Source: Lysobacteraceae bacterium (lineage in GTDB: Bacteria > Pseudomonadota > Gammaproteobacteria > Xanthomonadales > Xanthomonadaceae). Taken from it: DNA of 64,000 nt. The notes below the pieces were generated by a model. The model worked only from the letters and a program-made list of their open reading frames with translations. It had not been told where the DNA came from and ran no database searches. The translations under genes were made by a program, and so were the position numbers. This document shows positions 57,218 through 64,000 of this stretch, in pieces. The DNA lies in assembly GCA_036404915.1 (NCBI GenBank), contig DASWYO010000014.1:7155-71154 (forward strand). Reading direction: 5' to 3'. Numbering within the stretch: the first letter of the stretch is position 1; each line of letters starts with the position of its first letter.

Positions 57218-60192
57218 GCAGCGGGGCCCTTGGATGCGGGATCGATGTCGCCATGCCCGGAAGCGGGCGCGGAACGGGTGGCGGTGTCGTCGGGCGCGTG
57301 CTCGTGAGGAGCGGCCGGCCCGGAACGCACGGCGATGTCGTCGTGGCCGTCGTGATCGTGGTCGTCGCGGCGACCGGTCAGGCTGCGCAGCGCGCTGAGC
57401 GCTGCGTGCCAGGCGCGGTCGAGCAGGCGCGCGCGATGCGCGGTGACCACGCGCACCTGGTCGCGCGCCATCATCCGCGCGAGGCTGTCGAGCGAGTGCT
57501 CGCCGACGCGCTGGCCGCGCTGGTTGACGAACAGCGCGTTGCCGGTGACCGAGCTGTGCCACGACATGCGCCGGCGCACCACGTCGCCCTGCTGGTTGGT
57601 GACGAACTCGATCCAGGTGCCGAACGGCAGCAGGCGCAGCTGTTCGTAGCAGGCGTCTTCGTGCGGCGTGCGCGACGGCAGGTCGGGCTTGCGCGTGGTC
57701 TGCGAGTCCTCGCCCAAGCGCACGCGCGCGCGGAGCTTCATCGACAGTTCGGTGCGGGATTCGCCGTCCTCGTCCTCGCGCACGCTGCTGGACAGCCGCT
57801 GCGCGATCGCGTCGGCTTCCTCGTCGTGGTAACCGACCTGCTTGAGCGCGGCCTCGACGTGGGTCTTGAGCGCGGCATTGGCCGCAGCGGTGGCGGTGCC
57901 CTGGCCGGTGCAGGCGTCGACGATCTGCCGCGTGGCGTCCAGCTGGCGGTTCCACTCCTCCGAGCCCTCGCCGTGGCGCAGGCAGGTGAGCGTGAGCACG
58001 TCGGACCAGGCCTGGTTGAGCAGTGCGCGGCTGAACTTGGGCAGCGGCCGATCGCCGGCCATCTCCGACAGCGTGCGCTCGACGCGCAGCTTGGCCGCTT
58101 CGAGCTTTTCCTTGCCGCGCGCGGCTTCGACGTGGCGACGCTCCAGGGTCTCGGCGCGTCGCACCTGCGCATCGACATGGGTCTGCAGCTGCTTGTTGCT
58201 CTGCTCGAAGGCATCGAGCTTCGTGCCGTCGTACTGCTTGACCGCGTGGGTCACCGCTTCCTGCAGCGGCGCCAGCAGCGCGGGATCGAAGTCGTCGTCG
58301 GCGAGCCACTTCGCGGCGGTGTCCGACACGGTGCTGAGCAGTTGCCGCGCCGGGTGGTTCGGGCGGACGAAGAAGGCGCGATCCTGCAGCGCCACGCGCA
58401 GCAGCGTGATCTGCAGTCGCTTGATGAGCGCCGCAGCTGGCGCGTCGCCGCGCATCTCCTGCTGCAGGTGGTTGTAGAGCAGGCCGAGCAGGTCGAAGGT
58501 GTCGTTGTCCGCCGGGCTGAGCGCGACCGGCTTGCCGAAACGCTGGCGGGCCTGGGCGAGCAGCGAGTTCTTGACGTCGGCGATGGACAGCGGCGTGCCG
58601 CCGGTCGGCGATTCGACATCCAGGCGGCCGAGGCTCTGCAGCAGGTCGGCGGTCGGCAGCGACCGTTCGGCGCGCTGTCCGGGCGGCGCCGGGTTGACGC
58701 GCTCCTGCACGGCACGACGCTCGCCGAGCAGTTTCTGCAATTCGTTGAAGGCCTTCTGTTCGTCGACCGCGACGGCGGTCGCCACCGACTGGCCCATCCA
58801 GGTGGTATGCGGGCGCTGCGGGTCGTAGGCATTGGCGGCGGACGAGCTGCCATCGTGGGCGACGTCCTCGCCGAAGGCGGTCGCCGGATCGGCGGGCTCT
58901 TCGTGCCACGCCCCGGACGATCGGCCGCTCCCACTTCCGCTTCCGGCACCTGTGGCCCCGGCGCTTCCGCCACGGCCCGCGCCACCACTGCTGCTGCTTC
59001 CGCTTCCGCTACCGCCTCCGCTTCGGCCACCGCCGGCGGTTCCGCGTCCAGCCGCACCACCACCATCGGCATGTCCGCCGCCGGCTCCTGCGCCGCTGCC
59101 AGCACCGGCCCCTGCTCCGGCAGCACCACTTCCGGCAGCGCCACTTCCAGCGCCACCGCTTCCGGCAGGGCCACTTCCCGCACCACCGTTTCCGGCGCCA
59201 CCGCTGCCGCCACCGGTTCCGGCATGACCACCGCTTCCGGCAGCGCCGCTTCCGCCGCCGCCACCTCCGGCACCGTCATGGCTGCCCGGACCCGCCCCGC
59301 TGTCGGCGGCGGACCCCGTCGTACCACCGAGTCCCGAGGCCGGCGACCCGCCCCTGCGCCCGGCGGGCATGCCGCCCGCAGCCGGCGAGTCCGGCCGGCG
59401 GGCCATGGGCGGCGTGCTGTCTTCGTACTCCGGGGCTTCGTCGGCGGCCACCAGGGTGCCGCGGGAGCGCATCGGCACGTAGCTCAGGCCCGGCATCACG
59501 CCTTCGTCGACCAGCAGCGCGTCGAGTTTCTCGAACAGCGACTGGCAGTGGATCATCAGCCTGCGGTCGAAGGTGCGGTAGAACAGCAGGCGCGCGTCGT
59601 GTTCGAGCTGCAGCACTTCGCTGGCGTGGCGGATCGCGCGGCACAGCGCCTGCGGCCCCATCGGGTTGCGTTCGTTGTCGAAGGCAGGCATCGCGCCGAG
59701 CACGCCGAAGCGCTGGCCCAGCAGGTGCAAGGTGAGGCTGGTGCGCGATTCCTGGCGCGAGGCGATGGCATGCAGCACCGCGCCCTCGTCCATCACCGAC
59801 TCATCGACCAGACTGAGGTTGCGGAAATTCACCGGCGCCTGGCTGGGCACCACCGAGCGCACCGGGGTGAGGTGCTGGGTCGTGCGGATCGCCGCCAGCC
59901 CGCCCTCGAGGACCTGCATGAAGCGCGGCACGAGGTCGTGCCGGTTGAGCCGGACCACGCGCAGCATCTGCATGTGGTCGAACATCGAATTGCCGCCGGT
60001 GGTGCCCGAACGCTCGGCCAGGCGGAAGAGCTCTTCCTCGAAGTCCGTCACCGCAGCGACGAGGTGGCGCTCCATCTCCTCGCTGTAGAGCGCCAGGGCG
60101 CGTTCGAGCGTACGCCGCACGCGGCGCGGCAGCCCTGCGGTGGCCAGGGTCCTTGGCGCAGAGAGATCCTGGGTATCGTTGGGCGAAGCCAT
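57214..60192 (-). CDS. DUF1631 family protein with a long Gly/Ser/Ala insertion
   Basis: NPMGP..LC, DTFDLLGLL, LRVALQD..FF....HPARQLL, GTWIEF...W.S.VTG.ALFVNQRG. Confidence 0.85.
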   Translation of the reverse strand: MASPNDTQDLSAPRTLATAGLPRRVRRTLERALALYSEEMERHLVAAVTDFEEELFRLAERSGTTGGNSMFDHMQMLRVVRLNRHDLVPRFMQVLEGGLAAIRTTQHLTPVRSVVPSQAPVNFRNLSLVDESVMDEGAVLHAIASRQESRTSLTLHLLGQRFGVLGAMPAFDNERNPMGPQALCRAIRHASEVLQLEHDARLLFYRTFDRRLMIHCQSLFEKLDALLVDEGVMPGLSYVPMRSRGTLVAADEAPEYEDSTPPMARRPDSPAAGGMPAGRRGGSPASGLGGTTGSAADSGAGPGSHDGAGGGGGGSGAAGSGGHAGTGGGSGGAGNGGAGSGPAGSGGAGSGAAGSGAAGAGAGAGSGAGAGGGHADGGGAAGRGTAGGGRSGGGSGSGSSSSGGAGRGGSAGATGAGSGSGSGRSSGAWHEEPADPATAFGEDVAHDGSSSAANAYDPQRPHTTWMGQSVATAVAVDEQKAFNELQKLLGERRAVQERVNPAPPGQRAERSLPTADLLQSLGRLDVESPTGGTPLSIADVKNSLLAQARQRFGKPVALSPADNDTFDLLGLLYNHLQQEMRGDAPAAALIKRLQITLLRVALQDRAFFVRPNHPARQLLSTVSDTAAKWLADDDFDPALLAPLQEAVTHAVKQYDGTKLDAFEQSNKQLQTHVDAQVRRAETLERRHVEAARGKEKLEAAKLRVERTLSEMAGDRPLPKFSRALLNQAWSDVLTLTCLRHGEGSEEWNRQLDATRQIVDACTGQGTATAAANAALKTHVEAALKQVGYHDEEADAIAQRLSSSVREDEDGESRTELSMKLRARVRLGEDSQTTRKPDLPSRTPHEDACYEQLRLLPFGTWIEFVTNQQGDVVRRRMSWHSSVTGNALFVNQRGQRVGEHSLDSLARMMARDQVRVVTAHRARLLDRAWHAALSALRSLTGRRDDHDHDGHDDIAVRSGPAAPHEHAPDDTATRSAPASGHGDIDPASKGPAA

Positions 60193-60291
60193 CGGGGCCT
60201 GTCGAAGTGCGACGTGATGCGCGTTTCTTAACACGCCGGGCCGCGCGCGCCAACCGTTGTCGGCGGAAAGGCGGATCCGGCACGCAGGGCG

Positions 60292-61491
60292 CTACGCATC
60301 GTCGGTGGGAAGGAACAGCGAAATGGTGTCGTTGGCGAAGCGCTGGCCGGTGTCGGTCGGGAAGACCCGGTCGCCGTCGATGCGCAGCCACCCGCGCGCG
60401 ACCGCATCGGCCAGTGGCCCGGCGATGGCGTCGCGGGAGAGCCCGGTGCGCGCTTCGAAGCGCGCCAGCGGGAAGCCCTCGCGCAGGCGCAGCTGGTTGA
60501 GCATGAACTCGAAGGGCAACTGCGAGGCGGGGATGATGTCGTCGCCGCCGATCGCGGCCGGCGTGCCGGCCTGGGCCAGATACGCTGCCGGATGTTTCAG
60601 CTTCCAGCGGCGCAGGATGCGGTCGGACGCATGCGGGCTGCCGGCCTCGGCTTCGTCGCTGCGCGGCAGGCTGATCTTGCCGTGCGCACCCGCGCCGATG
60701 CCGAGGTAGTCGCCGAAGCGCCAGTAGTTGAGGTTGTGCGCGCACTGTCGGCCCGGGCGGGCATAGGCGCTGATCTCGTAGTGCGCGAAGCCGGCGTCGG
60801 CCAGCAGCGCCTGGGCATGCTCCTGGATGTCCCAGGCGGCATCCTCGTCGGGAATGCCCTGCGGCGGACGCGCGGCGAACACCGTGTTGGGTTCGAGCGT
60901 CAGCTGGTAGTGGCTGATGTGCGCCGGCGACAGCGCGAAGGCGCGCTGCAGGTCGTATTCGGCCATCGCCAGCGTCTGCCCGGGCAGCGCATACATCAGG
61001 TCGAGATTGAGGTTGTCCAGGCCCGCGTCCTGCGCCAGCTTGACTGCGGCGTCGGCCTGGCCGCTGTCGTGGATGCGGCCGAGGCGCTTGAGGACCGCGT
61101 CGTCGAAGGTCTGGATGCCGAAGGACACGCGGTTCACGCCGGCCTTGCGGTAGTCCTCGAAACGACCGTGCTCGGCGGTGCCGGGATTGGTTTCCAGCGT
61201 GATCTCGCAGCCGGGCGCGAAGCGCAGGCGCGCGGCGGCGCCCTGCAGGAAGCGGTCGATGGCCTCGGCCGGGAACAGGCTGGGCGTGCCGCCGCCGAAG
61301 AACACGCTGTGCACGGTACGGCCCCAGACCATCGGCAGGTCGTGGTCGAGATCGGCCAGCAGCGCGTCGACATAGGCCGCGAACGGCGGCGGGCCACCGC
61401 GATGTTCGTGCGAGTTGAAGTCGCAGTACGGGCATTTGCGCACGCACCACGGCATGTGCACGTACAGCGAGAGCGGCAGCAGGCTCAGCAT
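60292..61491 (-). CDS. hemW: Radical SAM heme chaperone
   Basis: LYVHMPWCVRKCPYCDFNS, FFGGGTPS, HNLNYW. Confidence 0.95.
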   Translation of the reverse strand: MLSLLPLSLYVHMPWCVRKCPYCDFNSHEHRGGPPPFAAYVDALLADLDHDLPMVWGRTVHSVFFGGGTPSLFPAEAIDRFLQGAAARLRFAPGCEITLETNPGTAEHGRFEDYRKAGVNRVSFGIQTFDDAVLKRLGRIHDSGQADAAVKLAQDAGLDNLNLDLMYALPGQTLAMAEYDLQRAFALSPAHISHYQLTLEPNTVFAARPPQGIPDEDAAWDIQEHAQALLADAGFAHYEISAYARPGRQCAHNLNYWRFGDYLGIGAGAHGKISLPRSDEAEAGSPHASDRILRRWKLKHPAAYLAQAGTPAAIGGDDIIPASQLPFEFMLNQLRLREGFPLARFEARTGLSRDAIAGPLADAVARGWLRIDGDRVFPTDTGQRFANDTISLFLPTDDA

Positions 61492-61495
61492 GGGC

Positions 61496-62092
61496 TCAAC
61501 GCAGCACTTCGTGCAGGCGCCCGCGCAGCAGTGCCAGCGCGACGCCGCGATGGCTGACGCGATTCTTCAGGGCGGGATCGAGCTCGGCCGCGCCCATGCC
61601 GCGCGACGGATCGAAGAACACCGGGTCGTAGCCGAAACCGCCGGCGCCGCGCGGCGCATGCAGGATGCGGCCTTCCCACGTGCCTTCGGCGATGAGCGGC
61701 TGCGGATCCTCGGCGTGGCGCATCAGCGCGAGCACGCTGACGAAGCGCGCAGTGCGGCGTTCGTCGGGCACGTCGCGGATCGCGTCCAGCAGCTTGGCGA
61801 TGTTCGCTGCGCTGTCGCCATGACCGCCCGAATAGCGCGCGCTGTACAGCCCCGGTGCGCCGCCGAGCGCGTCGACGCACAGGCCGGAGTCGTCGGCCAG
61901 CGCGGGCAGACCGGTGGCGGCTGCCGCATGACGCGCCTTGAGCAACGCGTTCTCGACGAAGGTGAGGCCGGTTTCCTCGGCATCTTCGACGCCGAACTCC
62001 GACTGCGCGTGCAGGTCGATGCCGGCGTCGCCGAGCAGGTCGCGCAGTTCGGCGAGCTTGCCAGCGTTGCTGCTGGCCAGGACGAGTTTCAT
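61496..62092 (-). CDS. rdgB: dITP/XTP pyrophosphatase
   Basis: [31 protein letters not shown]. Confidence 0.96.
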   Translation of the reverse strand: MKLVLASSNAGKLAELRDLLGDAGIDLHAQSEFGVEDAEETGLTFVENALLKARHAAAATGLPALADDSGLCVDALGGAPGLYSARYSGGHGDSAANIAKLLDAIRDVPDERRTARFVSVLALMRHAEDPQPLIAEGTWEGRILHAPRGAGGFGYDPVFFDPSRGMGAAELDPALKNRVSHRGVALALLRGRLHEVLR

Positions 62093-62484
62093 GACGCGGC
62101 CAACTCCAGAAGGTCCCACCGGTTGCCGTACGGATCCTCGAACACCGCGACGGTGCCGTAGGTTTCGACGCGCGGCGTTTCAAGGAAGCGCACGCCGGCG
62201 GCGGTCATGGCCGCGTGATCGCGACGGAAGTCGTCGGTGTGCAGGAAAAAGCCGACGCGCCCGCCGGTCTGGTCGCCGATGCGGGCGCGCTGGGCGTCGT
62301 TCACGGCCTGCGCGAGCAGGATGCCGGTCTCGGCGCCCGGCGGTGCGACCACCACCCAGCGCTTGCCCTCGCCACGCGGTGCGTCTTCACGCAGTTCGAA
62401 ACCGAGCACGCCGACGTAGAACGCGATCGCGGCGTCGTAGTCGTCGACCACCAGCGTGAACAGAGCGATGCGGCGGGCCGTCAT
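62089..62484 (-). CDS. VOC / glyoxalase family protein
   Basis: [40 protein letters not shown]. Confidence 0.9.
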   Translation of the reverse strand: MTARRIALFTLVVDDYDAAIAFYVGVLGFELREDAPRGEGKRWVVVAPPGAETGILLAQAVNDAQRARIGDQTGGRVGFFLHTDDFRRDHAAMTAAGVRFLETPRVETYGTVAVFEDPYGNRWDLLELAAS

Positions 62485-62495
62485 GGCGCGTTCGA

Positions 62496-63236
62496 TCAGC
62501 CGTCGAGCGCCGCGCGCTGGGCGTCGAACAGCTCGCGGATGCCCTTCTCGGCCAGGCCGAGCAGGACATCGAGCTCGTCGCGACGGAAGGCATGGCCTTC
62601 GGCGGTGCCCTGCAGTTCGATGAAACCACCGCCGTCGTTCATCACCACGTTCATGTCGGTATCGCAGTCGCTGTCCTCGGCGTAGTCGAGGTCGAGCACC
62701 GGCACACCGCGATACACGCCGACCGACACCGCCGCGACCGCGCCGTGGATCGGGTCGCGGCCGTTCTTCGCCGGCGCGATTTCCTTGCGCGCCTGCAGCC
62801 AGCGCACGGCATCGACCATGGCGACGTAGGCGCCGGTGATCGCCGCGGTGCGGGTGCCGCCATCGGCCTGCAGGACGTCGCAATCGAGGGTGATGGTGCG
62901 TTCGCCCAACGCGTTGCGGTCGACGCAGGCGCGCAGCGCGCGACCGATCAGGCGCTGGATCTCCAGCGTGCGACCGCCCTGCTTGCCGCGCGCCGCCTCG
63001 CGATCGCTGCGGGAGTGGGTGGCGCGGGGCAGCATGCCGTATTCGGCGGTGACCCAGCCCTCGCCCTTGCCGCGCAGGAAGGCCGGCACCCGGTTCTCGA
63101 CGCTGGCGGTGCACAGCACCCGGGTGTCGCCGAAGCTGACGAGGACCGAGCCCTCGGCATGGCGGGTGTAGCCGCGCTCGATGCGGACCGGCCGCATCTG
63201 GTCGGCCACGCGGCCACTGGGACGGACGATGCTCAT
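62496..63236 (-). CDS. rph: Ribonuclease PH
   Basis: [41 protein letters not shown]. Confidence 0.97.
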   Translation of the reverse strand: MSIVRPSGRVADQMRPVRIERGYTRHAEGSVLVSFGDTRVLCTASVENRVPAFLRGKGEGWVTAEYGMLPRATHSRSDREAARGKQGGRTLEIQRLIGRALRACVDRNALGERTITLDCDVLQADGGTRTAAITGAYVAMVDAVRWLQARKEIAPAKNGRDPIHGAVAAVSVGVYRGVPVLDLDYAEDSDCDTDMNVVMNDGGGFIELQGTAEGHAFRRDELDVLLGLAEKGIRELFDAQRAALDG

Positions 63237-63273
63237 GCGGATTGCCTGCCTGACGGGAAGCGCGGCAGTTTAC

Positions 63274-63324
63274 CCTGTCGGGCAAGCCTGCCGTGCAACC
63301 CTGCCGTACAACCCTGATGTGAAC
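63274..63324. repeat. 13-bp tandem repeat (4 imperfect units) between rph and yicC
   Basis: CCTGTCGGGCAAG-CCTGCCGTGCAAC-CCTGCCGTACAAC-CCTGATGTGAAC. Confidence 0.75.
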
Positions 63325-63404
63325 CAGCCCCGGCTGGCCCCATCCCCCGGGATGCCGGAGAATGGCCGCCCCCGCCTCCCCGGCGGCGCCTTCGAGGAAC
63401 ACCG

Positions 63405-64000
63405 ATGATCCGCAGCATGACCGCCTTCGCCGCAGGCGAACGCAACACCCCCTGGGGCACCCTCGGCTGCGAACTGCGCGCGGTGAACCACCGGTTCCTG
63501 GAATTGGGCGTGCGCCTGCCCGACGACCTGCGCGCGGTGGAGCCTGCGCTGCGCGAGAAGGTCGCGAACCGCATCTCGCGCGGCAAGCTCGAACTGAACC
63601 TGCGCCTGCGCAGCGCCAGCGAAGAAGGCGGGCTGCAACTGAACCATGCCCGCGTGGCACAGCTGGCCATGCTCAACAAGCACATCTACGAGCAGATGCC
63701 GAACCTGCAGGTGCAGCTGACCGACCTGCTGCAGTTCCCGGGCGTGCTGCAGGGCCAGGCCGGCGATCCGGCGGCGCTGCACGCCGAAGCGCTGTCGCTG
63801 CTGGACGAGGTGCTGACCCAGTTCGTCGAAGCCCGCGAACGCGAAGGCGGCAAGCTGGCGACGGTCATCCTGGAACGCGTCGATGCCATCGCCCGCCACG
63901 CCGCCGATGCGCGCACGCTGATGCCGATGATCCGCGCCGGCCAGAAGCAGAAGCTCGAAAACCGCCTCGCCGACCTGCCGCAGCCGATGGATCCGGGCCG
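63405..64000 (+). CDS. yicC: YicC/YloC family endoribonuclease (3'-truncated by the window)
   Basis: MIRSMTAFA, ELRAVNHRFLE, SRGK, REREG; divergent from rph. Confidence 0.93.
   Translation, partial: MIRSMTAFAAGERNTPWGTLGCELRAVNHRFLELGVRLPDDLRAVEPALREKVANRISRGKLELNLRLRSASEEGGLQLNHARVAQLAMLNKHIYEQMPNLQVQLTDLLQFPGVLQGQAGDPAALHAEALSLLDEVLTQFVEAREREGGKLATVILERVDAIARHAADARTLMPMIRAGQKQKLENRLADLPQPMDPG

Noticed and set aside
63405-64000. yicC as a prophage or island integration site
   Set aside because: The 3' end of the gene lies outside the window, and no integrase or att duplication is visible

Overview
High-GC chromosomal segment that looks like Xanthomonadaceae/Lysobacteraceae (inferred from gene order such as hemW-DUF1631-PilZ-pepQ and zapA-ssrS-ygfA-EVE-rpiA, and from GTAG-type REP repeats). 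It is mostly core genes: feoAB with a Fur box, leucine catabolism (liuC/D/E), two PAS-GGDEF-EAL proteins, fadL, an ABC permease-M1 peptidase fusion, gpmI-envC-ctpA, pntA, pepP, 6S RNA, rpiA, pepQ, hemW, rdgB, rph and yicC. Several small accessory units sit among them. (1) A DUF559/Vsr-like endonuclease gene enclosed by 38-bp hairpin-containing inverted repeats inside the liu operon. (2) A three-gene MglA-like GTPase / Roadblock / receiver-like-wHTH module between envC and ctpA. (3) A stand-alone XVIPCD-like protein with no toxin domain. (4) A flavin amino-acid oxidase paired with a ThDP keto-acid decarboxylase. (5) A roughly 3-kb islet of seven small co-oriented ORFs bracketed by inverted GTAG-REPs, next to a lone Y-family polymerase and including an AT-richer HEPN-like gene. 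No tRNA, rRNA, CRISPR array, integrase or transposase was recognised. All product calls come from motif recognition by eye, with no database search.
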